This document shows, piece by piece, positions 18,401 through 28,164 of a DNA stretch of 64,000 nt (positions are counted from its first letter, which is position 1; each line of letters begins with the position of its first letter). This stretch comes from an uncultured Eggerthellaceae bacterium (GTDB taxonomy: Bacteria; Actinomycetota; Coriobacteriia; Coriobacteriales; Eggerthellaceae), in contig CAKTUD010000002.1 in assembly GCA_934617425.1 (NCBI GenBank), positions 10,011 to 74,010 on the forward strand. The letters are read 5' to 3'. Below the pieces are notes generated by a model. That model saw only the letters and a program-made list of their open reading frames with translations. It ran no database searches and was not told where the DNA came from. The position numbers and the translations under genes are program-made.

Positions 18401-19387
18401 GCTTACCGTTGCTACTTCTCCGCTTGGCACTTCGACGGGATAGATGTTCTCATCGATGGCGTAACCCTTGGAGGGGGAGATCTCTTTCAGGTAGTATGTC
18501 CCGCATTTGATATCGTCCGCCTGGGCTTTGCCCTCGATGTCGGTTGCGAGAGTGACTATGGGGTCGGTGTTCCCCTGGGCGTGCGATTCGCTCGAATACA
18601 GGCCGTAAATAGCCCCTTCCAAGGAATAGTTCGCGTTGTTGGCGCTTATTCCGTTATTTGCGGACGATTTTCGCAAAGCAACGGATCCGGTGTTGTTCAC
18701 ACCCCGGTAGACAGCGAATCTCGACCAGCTGCCTTTTCCGTGGCCGCTAGACATATGCCAGATTCCAGGAAGCGATGACCCGGGATTGGCATCGAGTCCT
18801 TGCAACATGGTGCCGGAGTTTCCGTAAATGTCCGAAAATGAATTGGTGAAGGCATGGTAAACCATCACGATGCCGTCTACGCGCTCTCCGACGACGCCCA
18901 TATGGGTTGGCTCGGCTATTCCCGCGCTGTAGAAGAAGATGATGTCGCCTGCCTCCATTCGGCCGTCGCGTAAATCATCATCTGCTCCTTCCATGACGAA
19001 GCAGCCCTTTGCCTTGAGTTCATTTTCAAAAGACGTGGTGTAGTGCGTGTAATTTTGTCCCCCGAATGTGTTGAATGCCCATGAGACATAGCCGGAGCAA
19101 TCCCATCCGCTTTTCGACGCTCCTCCAAACAGGTAAGGCACACCAAGGCCTTCTTCGAGATGAGGTTTCAGTTCCTCCCAAGTAAGGTTGCAAGCAGGGT
19201 TTGCGTTGCTGTCCGCTTCGGCTTTTGGAGGGAAAACCAAAGACGGGAATGCTATTCCGGCGACAAGCGCCATCGCGAGCAGGCAGCCAAGCGCTTTCCT
19301 TCTCCGCCTTTCCTGTGGTATTCGCTTGAGGCGCAGGGTCTGCGCGCTCACCGAGTTTCCGAATAAACCCATTGGATCCCCTTTCAT
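15410..19387 (-). CDS. Cell-wall-anchored surface protein: signal peptide, NlpC/P60 (C40) peptidase domain, four SpaA/CnaB-type domains, four VaFE / Thr-Gln-ester-type repeats and an LAxTG-like sorting signal
   Basis: See the domain sub-features and findings. The start could be either M1 (19387) or M6 (19372). Confidence 0.9.
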   Translation of the reverse strand: MKGDPMGLFGNSVSAQTLRLKRIPQERRRRKALGCLLAMALVAGIAFPSLVFPPKAEADSNANPACNLTWEELKPHLEEGLGVPYLFGGASKSGWDCSGYVSWAFNTFGGQNYTHYTTSFENELKAKGCFVMEGADDDLRDGRMEAGDIIFFYSAGIAEPTHMGVVGERVDGIVMVYHAFTNSFSDIYGNSGTMLQGLDANPGSSLPGIWHMSSGHGKGSWSRFAVYRGVNNTGSVALRKSSANNGISANNANYSLEGAIYGLYSSESHAQGNTDPIVTLATDIEGKAQADDIKCGTYYLKEISPSKGYAIDENIYPVEVPSGEVATVSIGEQPQYNPMEIWLSKYDSETGRSESQGDGSLACAQFEITFYGGQFSSRSEADAAARNGIEKRTWIMQTNEQGRIEFSNADSTFDIHDNSGVASATLPYFISGDKLFTQNERLCLPLGTLFVRETIAPSGYALDNAPDLIVNIASEEISPIVLRYEAPAISEQVLRGGISIGKIDRETSEHNPLGAATLEGAVFSVTNRSAHSVVVDGNEYRPGQTILTIETDEAGIASTASNALPFGTYEIKEIEAPEGYLIDANSRAWSKTVSIREAKVYDLASTSESVSDQVKRGDIAFSKADGKTMERMASVPFAITSLTSGEKHVVVTDENGTVDTSSEWNAHSKNTNANDGILASEEADLNSEAGLWFSGRENIATKADDALGALPFDSYRIEELRCKTNEGKELLSFDITVKRNKTKLDLGTVDNSPLPTVRTTLTNANGDHVAAANDSVCLIDTIDYEGLTPGKAYAAQGELHFVEIDADGNRKDGGPVTTASGETVIATTEFSPKTANGKTEVEFSLDSSSLTGKQVVAFERITLDNELIAEHSDPSDTDQTVTFPGISTKLKSEKALTAPDLADACTLIDTVEYHALLPGKTYTLNAELHVRSTDGSDEGAAKDEKGSPITAKQTFTPSESSGEVEVTFIFNAPSLAGKTVVAFEKLERNDIVLATHADISDDSQSVAFPKIETKATVNESGAKILPALGSASITDNVAYVNLEPNTEYRLVATAHIASTDADGKISDGGAVTNEEGEPITTEVFFTPNETSGEAEVPLTVCGKELGGLNIVIFERCYKGAELIAAHENISDENQTLLVPLISTNARSEKTGSRVDNSEGETAIIDQVHYENLMPDVEYRIEGTLHLASIEDNGTADDEGTLTKADGKDIVATASFRSKESSGDIELRFPLDTENLDDKAVVAFETLTQEGTTLAEHADINDKNQTVLFPAKPTSPEKENAVEKIKKAFAKTGDSIIPFAATALIAGVAGVAAVMAMRSRNKNRRP
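15413..15526 (-). other. C-terminal sortase sorting signal
   Basis: FAKTGD (LAxTG-like), then the hydrophobic helix SIIPFAATALIAGVAGVAAVMAM, then the basic tail RSRNKNRRP. Confidence 0.75.
15584..17122 (-). repeat. Four tandem ~125-130-aa Ig-like repeats of the VaFE / Thr-Gln ester-bond type (coding repeats, residues 756-1268)
   Basis: Each repeat carries (V/I)VAFE or IVIFE and ends with an HxDxxDxxQ-type motif: EHSDPSDTDQTVTFP, THADISDDSQSVAFP, AHENISDENQTLLVP and EHADINDKNQTVLFP. Approximate repeat boundaries are 17122-16736, 16735-16361, 16360-15971 and 15970-15584. Confidence 0.75.
18833..19204 (-). other. NlpC/P60 catalytic domain (residues ~62-185)
   Basis: PYLFGGASKSGWDCSGYVSWAF carries the catalytic Cys. 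AEPTHMGVV and MVYHAF carry the His residues. Confidence 0.8.
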
Positions 19388-19620
19388 ACGCTGGCTGTTT
19401 TGCGAGCGACAGTAAGCGCGGGGTTCGTTTGAGGCGTGTTCGATGCATGCTGCCTGCTCGTCGGATGGGCGTTTATGGTAGTTGGGAAATCTAGCGGGGG
19501 AGTCTTTCGTTCCTTACGTTATTTCAGCGAAAATCGATCAGTTGCCCATCGTGTTTTCGACGAGGCTTAAACGTCTCTTCGCCAGGCATTAAGCGCTAAT
19601 TTCCTTTACTTCGTCCGCCG

Positions 19621-19649
19621 TTAGAGTTCGCTCCTATTTGCCGTACAAT
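19621..19649 (+). promoter_or_regulatory. Putative glmS promoter
   Basis: TTAGAG, a 17-nt spacer, then TACAAT. Confidence 0.35.
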
Positions 19650-19666
19650 AGCAACCGGCGTTGTGC

Positions 19667-19700
19667 CGCCGCGTCGTTTGGGGCGCGGCGTTTGATTTGT
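19667..19700 (+). promoter_or_regulatory. Terminator-like hairpin in the glmS 5' leader
   Basis: Stem CGCCGCG/CGCGGCG (extendable by 2 bp) followed by TTTGATTTGT, ~40 nt upstream of the glmS ATG. Confidence 0.4.
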
Positions 19701-19739
19701 TCCACTGGGGTCTGTGCTTCGATCACTAAGGAGATGCAC

Positions 19740-21578
19740 ATGTGCGGTATCGTCGGTTACACCGGGACTAAAGCGGCAAGTTCCATTCTGCTGGGCGGCC
19801 TAAAACGGCTTGAGTATCGAGGCTATGATTCTGCGGGCATTGCCACGGAAGAGCCTGATGGCGCTGCGCGAAAGCTGCAGGTCATTCGTCGTCGCGGGCG
19901 CGTTGAGAATCTTGAGCATACGGCTTCCCATTTCGGCCTTTCCGGTACGTGCGGGATAGGCCATACGCGATGGGCGACGCACGGGCGCCCCTCTGAGGCA
20001 AATGCGCATCCGCACGTTTCGTGCGATGGGCATATTGCGTTGGTGCATAACGGCATCGTCGAAAACTTCGCCGATTTGCGTGAGCGTCTTGAAGCGACGG
20101 GACATGAGTTCGCGAGTGAGACTGATACCGAGACAATCGTTCATTTGATCGAGGATTGCTACGAGGGCGATCTTTTCGACGCTGTTCGTGCTGCCGCTAC
20201 GCAAATCGTCGGCTCTTACGGCTTGGCCGTTGTGGACGATCGTGAGCCTGGTGTGATCGTTGTCGCGAGAAAAGACTCGCCTTTGGTTGTCGGCGTAGCC
20301 GAGGATGGGTGCTACCTTGCATCCGATTCGATAGCCATCATTAATGCCACGCGTGATGTCGTTGTTCTCGAAGATGATCAGTTCGCAAAGCTCACCCCGC
20401 AGGGAGCAAGCTATTTTGATGCGCATGGACAAGAAATCGATCCTGCGATAACCCATATAGACTGGGATATGGATGTTGCGGAAAAGGGCGGATACCCCGA
20501 CTTTATGCTTAAGGAGATTCACGAGCAGCCGCGTGTCATACGCGACACCTTGGCGGGGCGGTTGGTGAACGGCGCGTTGGAGATAGACGAGCTGGATATG
20601 AGCCCCGAAGAGCTCAACTTGATCGATCGCGTATACGTGATCGCGTGCGGGACGAGCTATCATGCGGGTTTGGTGGCAAAAGAGCTTATCGAAGGATGGG
20701 CGCGCATTCCCACGGAAGTCGAGGTGGCGAGTGAGTTTCGCTATCGAAATCCTATAATCACGCCCACTACGTTGGTTGTTGCTGTTTCGCAGTCGGGCGA
20801 GACCGCAGATACTTTGGCGGCCATTCGCGATGCGAAAGTGAAAGGCGCTCGCGTGTTCGGCATCACCAATGTTCTCGGCAGCCCTGTCGCGCGCGAGGCG
20901 GATGGCGTTATCTACACCAAGGCTAACAAGGAAATAGCCGTTGCCTCGACGAAATCGTTTTTGGGACAGGTTGTGAGTTTGACTCTTTTGGCGATGCTCC
21001 TTGCGCAGGCGAAGGGCAAGTTGAAAATGAACCAGATCCGCCTGCTGTTCCGCGAGCTCGCCGATACGGCGGAGCAGGTCGAAGAGATTCTCTCTTCCTG
21101 CATAGATGCCGTCGACGCGGCTGCTGCAGCATGCAAAGACGCCGCTAGCGCGCTATTTATCGGGCGCGGCATGGGCGCGGCGGTTGCCCGTGAGGGGGCC
21201 TTGAAGCTGAAGGAGATAAGCTATCTGCATGCCGAGGCTTATGCGGCGGGTGAGATGAAACATGGACCGATCGCATTGATCGACAGCGGATTTCCTGTTA
21301 TCGCAATCGCAACGAAAAGCCCGGTTTACGACAAGGTTGTTTCCAATTTGCAAGAAAGCCGCGCTCGTGGGGCGAAAATCGTCGTTATCGCGACCGAAGG
21401 CGATGAGGATATCAAGAATCACGCCGATTACGTCATCTACATTCCCAAGGTGCGTGATGCGTTCTCGGCAATAACGGCGAGTGTGCCGTTACAGCTGTTG
21501 GCGCGCTCGATTGCGGTTCTGCGTGGCTGCGACGTTGACCAACCGCGCAATTTGGCGAAAGCGGTAACGGTGGAGTAG
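19740..21578 (+). CDS. glmS: Glutamine--fructose-6-phosphate aminotransferase
   Basis: The mature N-terminus is MCGIVGY, where Cys is the Ntn nucleophile, so the start is the ATG at 19740 with AAGGAG upstream. SIS-domain motifs SQSGETADT are present, and the C-terminus reads LAKAVTVE. Confidence 0.96.
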   Translation: MCGIVGYTGTKAASSILLGGLKRLEYRGYDSAGIATEEPDGAARKLQVIRRRGRVENLEHTASHFGLSGTCGIGHTRWATHGRPSEANAHPHVSCDGHIALVHNGIVENFADLRERLEATGHEFASETDTETIVHLIEDCYEGDLFDAVRAAATQIVGSYGLAVVDDREPGVIVVARKDSPLVVGVAEDGCYLASDSIAIINATRDVVVLEDDQFAKLTPQGASYFDAHGQEIDPAITHIDWDMDVAEKGGYPDFMLKEIHEQPRVIRDTLAGRLVNGALEIDELDMSPEELNLIDRVYVIACGTSYHAGLVAKELIEGWARIPTEVEVASEFRYRNPIITPTTLVVAVSQSGETADTLAAIRDAKVKGARVFGITNVLGSPVAREADGVIYTKANKEIAVASTKSFLGQVVSLTLLAMLLAQAKGKLKMNQIRLLFRELADTAEQVEEILSSCIDAVDAAAAACKDAASALFIGRGMGAAVAREGALKLKEISYLHAEAYAAGEMKHGPIALIDSGFPVIAIATKSPVYDKVVSNLQESRARGAKIVVIATEGDEDIKNHADYVIYIPKVRDAFSAITASVPLQLLARSIAVLRGCDVDQPRNLAKAVTVE

Positions 21579-22304
21579 ATGATGAGAGACGATAGGGGAG
21601 AATGGGATTACGACGTCGAAGATGCCGAATCGCCCGAAACCGATGAGTTTGCGGGCATGGCTCTTGGCGAGATGACGCTGTCTTATGCGCGCGAAAGGTT
21701 TTTCGCCGCCGAAGCTCAAGATGAGCATCGTGCTTCTTCGGACCATGCGAATGACGAGGGGCGAGCTGAAGAGCTCCAGGAAATCGCCGTGCGGGATATA
21801 GATGCTCTCAAACGTGACGAGCGGATATTCGATTCGGAGAGCGTTGGCTTGGGCGTCGACATCGTTGACATCGACCGCATGCGGAAGATACTCGCGCGCT
21901 CGAAATCGTTTTCGCGACTAGTGTTCTCTGCTGACGAGCAGGAATATTGCGAGAAAACCTCTTCGCCCGAAACGCATTATGCCTTGCGCTTCGCAGCGAA
22001 GGAAGCTGTGGTGAAGGCGCTGGGAACGGGCTTTAGCGAGGGCATCGGAGTGCTTGACATCGAGGTTCGCCGCAACGCCAAGGGGCGTCCGTACGTGGTG
22101 CTTCGCGGCGCTGCGCGGTCCGTCGCCGAGAAAAGAGGGGTGCGCGATATCCCCATTTCGCTTTCTTATACGCATGCGGAAGCGGTCGCCTGCGCGATGG
22201 CCATTACCGATAGTTCGCGTAAGGCTAGTGAGGAGCGCGTCGACCCTATGGAAGAACTGGCGCGCAAATTCAAGGAAACACGCGGCATGCTCGATGATTT
22301 ATAG
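21579..22304 (+). CDS. acpS: Holo-[acyl-carrier-protein] synthase (AcpS); the longest ORF includes a ~90-aa acidic N-terminal extension (see finding)
   Basis: The AcpS core is GLGVDIVDIDRM...ALRFAAKEAVVKALGTG...HAEAVACAMA. An alternative TTG start at 21849 is preceded by GGAGAG. Confidence 0.85.
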   Translation: MMRDDRGEWDYDVEDAESPETDEFAGMALGEMTLSYARERFFAAEAQDEHRASSDHANDEGRAEELQEIAVRDIDALKRDERIFDSESVGLGVDIVDIDRMRKILARSKSFSRLVFSADEQEYCEKTSSPETHYALRFAAKEAVVKALGTGFSEGIGVLDIEVRRNAKGRPYVVLRGAARSVAEKRGVRDIPISLSYTHAEAVACAMAITDSSRKASEERVDPMEELARKFKETRGMLDDL

Positions 22305-22313
22305 GCGGTTCTT

Positions 22314-23387
22314 ATGGGTTTGATTTCGAAGAAACGTATTTTCTCATCAGAGGGGCGCATTGGTGGTGCCGGGCCTTTTGGAGGAGCCGACATCGTGAGG
22401 TCCGGCGATGGCCTCGAAGACGTTGCATCCACCTCTCCTGAGGTGTCTTGCCGCCTTGGTGGCGACGAGGTTCGCGAAGCGGCGGTTGTCGGATCGAGCA
22501 GATGGGCTGTCGAGGGCGCCCCGTTGCGTAGGGCGTCGCGCGATGAGCTGGTGTCACTGCTGCCGTTCCCTGCGAAAGATGCGAACAAGTACACTCGGGG
22601 GAAGCTGACGCTTGTTGCGGGGAGCGACCGTTACCCCGGCGCTGCGTGCCTGGCTGCTCTTGCTGCGTCGCGCATGGGGACCGGCTATATAGAGACAGTT
22701 GCTCCTTCTAAAGTGAAGCCCCTGCTCGTGGCATGTAGCCCTTCGCTCGTGGTGACCACGCGCAAGAAGTGGGATACTTTCGGAGTGGCGTCTAGTCGCG
22801 AGGGCCGCCCGCAAGCCGTGTGCATCGGCCCTGGCTTCGACTCCGATGAAGACGATACTGCCGTTTTGGTTCTCGATGTTCTTGATAAGGCGGCCTGCCC
22901 AGTGCTTGTCGACGGCAGCGCTCTCTCTGTTTTGGCCACGAAAAAAGGCCGTCGTTTGTTGAAGCGGCGTTTTGAGCGCGGATGGGCGACGGTCGTCACG
23001 CCTCACGGGGGCGAGGCTGTTCGGCTGGCGGAGCCGTTTGGCTTTTCCGAAGGGAATCCTTCGCGGTTGGCGACGCTTATATCGCTTGCGTACGGAGTGA
23101 CGGTTGTTCTTAAGGGGCCCGATACGTTCGTTTCGGATGGCGAATGCACTTACGTGGTCACGGAAGGTACTCCCGACCTGGCAAAAGCGGGCACCGGGGA
23201 CGTCTTGGCGGGCATGGCCTCGGCGCTTTTGGCGCAAGGGGTGGCGCCCCTTCAGGCGGGTGTCTTGGCGGCGACTTTGCATGCCTTGGCCGGGCGAGCT
23301 GCCGGGCAGCGGTACACGTCGTTTGGCGTTCGTGCGGAAGACGTGGCCGATTGCGTACCTCAGGCTATCGTCGAATTGATAGGTTAG
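22314..23387 (+). CDS. nnrD: ADP-dependent NAD(P)H-hydrate dehydratase (YjeF C-terminal/carbohydrate-kinase family)
   Basis: Contains KYTRGKLTLVAGSDRYPGAACLAALAASRMGTGY, VVTPHGGE and GTGDVLAGM. The ~80 residues upstream of the conserved core are unmatched, so the start is uncertain. Confidence 0.85.
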   Translation: MGLISKKRIFSSEGRIGGAGPFGGADIVRSGDGLEDVASTSPEVSCRLGGDEVREAAVVGSSRWAVEGAPLRRASRDELVSLLPFPAKDANKYTRGKLTLVAGSDRYPGAACLAALAASRMGTGYIETVAPSKVKPLLVACSPSLVVTTRKKWDTFGVASSREGRPQAVCIGPGFDSDEDDTAVLVLDVLDKAACPVLVDGSALSVLATKKGRRLLKRRFERGWATVVTPHGGEAVRLAEPFGFSEGNPSRLATLISLAYGVTVVLKGPDTFVSDGECTYVVTEGTPDLAKAGTGDVLAGMASALLAQGVAPLQAGVLAATLHALAGRAAGQRYTSFGVRAEDVADCVPQAIVELIG

Positions 23388-25490
<2,103 letters not shown>

Positions 25491-25502
25491 GAGCGAGAAA
25501 AG

Positions 25503-25536
25503 CAACGTGCCCCTTCATTTGAGGAGGGGCACGTTG
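25503..25536. terminator. Hairpin terminator between convergent ligA and the glutaredoxin-like gene
   Basis: 12-bp stem CAACGTGCCCCT/AGGGGCACGTTG. The T-run (CTTTTCT) is on the minus-strand side. Confidence 0.6.
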
Positions 25537-25613
25537 GGTGCGCTGCTTGCTGGGACGGGCACGCTTTTCGGCGTCATTGGCGGTTCTCGGTTGGTTGGTG
25601 TTTGCTCGGCTCT

Positions 25614-25913
25614 CTAGCAGCCGCTACCGTCGATTTTGCAGGCGGTTCCATCGGCAGGCTTCGATTTAAGCCCCGCATCTTCGGGCGTAACGGAAACCGT
25701 GCCATCTTCTAGCACGAAGCAGGGAATTCCCAGCCAGCCGTTTTTCTTCACCTCGTCGAAAACAGGTTCGGTATCGCGAAGATGGATGAACTCCTTCAGA
25801 TTCCTTACGTGCTCGCCGATGTCGACGTAGTCGAATTCTTCGTCGCGCTCGGCGATTTGATCGTGGACGTAAGCGCAGTCGGGGCATGATGGCATGCCGT
25901 AAATAGTAATCAT
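25614..25913 (-). CDS. Glutaredoxin-related thioredoxin-fold protein (COG4545-like)
   Basis: Contains MITIYGMPSCPDCAYV (CxxC), NLKEFIHLRD and NGWLGIPCFVLEDG. Confidence 0.8.
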   Translation of the reverse strand: MITIYGMPSCPDCAYVHDQIAERDEEFDYVDIGEHVRNLKEFIHLRDTEPVFDEVKKNGWLGIPCFVLEDGTVSVTPEDAGLKSKPADGTACKIDGSGC

Positions 25914-26000
25914 CCCGTACCTCCAAACCGTGATATTTTGCCGCTTGTGCGGTTTGGGACAAGTATACAGCTGGCGGCAAGGGGGAGCGAAGGAGTTAAC

Positions 26001-26585
26001 GTGTCAAGTCTTTTCGGCAATCGCATGAGTGGAAATATCACCGACTTTCATCAGGTAGAAATCGACCCCGCCTCAAAGCTCTCGCCTTTTTGCAGCGTTG
26101 TGGGTCAGGTGAAGATCGCCGCCGGTTGCTCGATTTTCGCGGGAGCGCATATCAGAGGCGATGTTGCGCCCATATCCATTGGCTCGCGCACCAATATTCA
26201 AGAGAATTGCTGTCTCCATGTGAGCTCGGGCCATCCTCTCGTGGTCGGCTCGGGGGTGACGGTTGGCCACGGAGCGATTCTTCATGGGTGCACGATTGGC
26301 GACAATTGCCTCGTGGGGATGGGGGCCATCGTCATGGACGGTGCCATTGTGGGAAGCAATTGCCTTGTTGGCGCGGGGGCGCTGATAACGCAAGGGAAGG
26401 TCTTCCCCGCGGGTAGCCTCATTATGGGGTCGCCCGCTCGTGTCGTTCGCGCGCTTTCCGAAGACGAGATTCGCACGCAGCTTATAGAACCCGCCGACTC
26501 ATATTGCCGGGAAACCGACCTTATGGTGGACGATGGGCTGCTTGAGACCCCGTCCGTCTCCACCGATGTGTGGCCCGAATTTTAG
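26001..26585 (+). CDS. Gamma-class carbonic anhydrase-like / left-handed beta-helix (hexapeptide repeat) protein
   Basis: Hexapeptide repeats IGSRTNIQENCCLHV and GHGAILHGCTIGDNCLVGMGAIVMDGAIVGSNCLVGAGALI. The GTG at 26001 is preceded by AAGGAG. An ATG at 26025 is an alternative start. Confidence 0.8.
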   Translation: MSSLFGNRMSGNITDFHQVEIDPASKLSPFCSVVGQVKIAAGCSIFAGAHIRGDVAPISIGSRTNIQENCCLHVSSGHPLVVGSGVTVGHGAILHGCTIGDNCLVGMGAIVMDGAIVGSNCLVGAGALITQGKVFPAGSLIMGSPARVVRALSEDEIRTQLIEPADSYCRETDLMVDDGLLETPSVSTDVWPEF

Positions 26586-26689
26586 ACGTGCCTGACGTGC
26601 GGCTTTTGCAATTCCTGTAGGCTGAAACGCAAGAAGTCCGCACTGTGCTAAAATGCCAAGCTGTTTATAGCACTATTGGAAGGAAACGT

Positions 26690-27493
26690 ATGTCAGGTCA
26701 CTCAAAGTGGGCTACCACGAAACACCGCAAGGCTGCTCAGGACGCCAAGCGTTCCGCCTTGTTCTCGAAGCTTGCTCGTAACATCACCGTTGCAGCTAAG
26801 GAAGGTGGCGACCCGAACCCTGACAACAACGCTTCGCTCGCGGCCGCTATCGAAAAGGCCAAGGGCTACTCGCTGCCCAAGGATAAGATCAAGACGGCTA
26901 TCGATAAGGCTTTCGGCTCGGGTAAAGATGCTGCAAACTACGAGACGGTGACCTACGAGGGCTATGGCCCAGCGGGCGTCGCTATTTTTTGCGAGGCTCT
27001 TACCGACAACCGTAACCGCACTGCTGCAGACGTCCGCGCCGCTTTCGCTCATCATGGTGGAAACCTGGGCACTTCGGGGTCTGTTGCGTTCCAGTTCGAT
27101 CGCAAGGGCCAGGTCATGGTTCCCAAGGAAATCGAGACGGGCGACAAGAAGCATCCCGTTGGCCCCAATGGCGCCGCTGCCGACGAGGACGAGTTCATGA
27201 TGGCCGTTGCCGAGGCCGGCGGCGATGATTACGAGGATGCGGGAGACGAATGGATCATCTACACTGCTCCGAGTGATCTGATGGCTGTCAAGAAGGCAAT
27301 CGAGGCTCAGAGTATCGAAACCAAGGGCGCCGAGATGACCATGATCGCAAACACGCCTGCAACCGTTTCCGTTTCGGACGCGCAGAAGGTGATGCGCCTC
27401 ATCGACAAGCTCGAGGAACTTGAGGACCTGCAAAACGTTTACCATGCAATGGACATCACGGACGAGATCGCCGAAGCGCTCGAAGCCGAGTAG
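26690..27493 (+). CDS. yebC: YebC/PmpR-family DNA-binding regulator
   Basis: MSGHSKWATTKHRKAAQDAKR... is the canonical N-terminus. GGAAGGA lies upstream. Confidence 0.93.
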   Translation: MSGHSKWATTKHRKAAQDAKRSALFSKLARNITVAAKEGGDPNPDNNASLAAAIEKAKGYSLPKDKIKTAIDKAFGSGKDAANYETVTYEGYGPAGVAIFCEALTDNRNRTAADVRAAFAHHGGNLGTSGSVAFQFDRKGQVMVPKEIETGDKKHPVGPNGAAADEDEFMMAVAEAGGDDYEDAGDEWIIYTAPSDLMAVKKAIEAQSIETKGAEMTMIANTPATVSVSDAQKVMRLIDKLEELEDLQNVYHAMDITDEIAEALEAE

Positions 27494-27513
27494 CGCCAGC
27501 TGAAGATTTTGTA

Positions 27514-27546
27514 AGCCCGTCGGTTCGCGCCGGCGGGCTTTTTGTT
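27514..27546 (+). terminator. Rho-independent terminator
   Basis: Stem AGCCCGTCGG/CCGGCGGGCT followed by TTTTTGTTT. Confidence 0.8.
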
Positions 27547-27632
27547 TGTAAAACACAAACAAACGTTCTATAATTGAAGAAATAAAACACTTTGTCTCGG
27601 GCCGTTTTCGCCAGAGGCGTCGTTTCGGAGCT

Positions 27633-28145
27633 GTGTGTCGCATGATGGTCGATAGGGTTATATTGGGGATTGATCCCGGTTTGGCGAACACGGGCTGGGG
27701 CGTGGTCCGCCAGGCAGGTTCGCGGCTTTCATGCGAGGCCTACGGATGCGTGAGCACCCCTTCTTCGTGGGACTTGACGAAGCGCCTGGGCAAGATTTTC
27801 GAGCAGATGAATGCCGTTATTGAGCGTTTTTCGCCGACGTGCTGCGGTATCGAGACCGTATGGTTTGGCCAGAATATCACGGCGGCGTTTGCGACGGGGC
27901 AGGCGCGTGGTGCGGCTCTTGTTGCCTGCTCGCAAAGCGACATCGAAGTGGGGGAGTTTTCTCCCCGACAGATAAAACTTGCTGTCGTGGGTACGGGAAC
28001 TGCTGATAAGTCGCAGGTGCAGTATATGGTCAGGCAGCTGTTGGGGCTAAAGGACATTCCCAAGCCCGACCATGCGGCCGATGCCTTAGCTGCGGCTATC
28101 TGCTTTACAACTCATGATGGTACTACATCTCGTTTGCCGCATTGA
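27633..28145 (+). CDS. ruvC: Crossover junction endodeoxyribonuclease RuvC
   Basis: Contains ILGIDPGLANTGWGVV and HAADALAAAI. The exact start (27633, 27642 or 27645) is uncertain. Confidence 0.92.
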   Translation: MCRMMVDRVILGIDPGLANTGWGVVRQAGSRLSCEAYGCVSTPSSWDLTKRLGKIFEQMNAVIERFSPTCCGIETVWFGQNITAAFATGQARGAALVACSQSDIEVGEFSPRQIKLAVVGTGTADKSQVQYMVRQLLGLKDIPKPDHAADALAAAICFTTHDGTTSRLPH

Positions 28146-28164
28146 CGTTCGAAAGGAGCGTGAC

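Noticed and set aside
19450-19739. glmS ribozyme upstream of glmS
   Set aside because: I could not find the conserved cleavage-site or core segments recalled from Bacillus-type glmS ribozymes. Only a simple hairpin plus T-run is present, and a covariance-model scan is still needed.
19638-19739. Upstream start (19638) of the glmS ORF
   Set aside because: GlmS requires an N-terminal Cys after Met removal. MCGIVGY begins at 19740 and has an AAGGAG SD, and the upstream extension contains the promoter and hairpin.
15261-19740. The surface-protein gene as part of a horizontally acquired island
   Set aside because: There are no flanking direct repeats, tRNA, integrase or mobility genes. It is a single gene between chromosomal clusters, and any compositional deviation cannot be quantified by eye.
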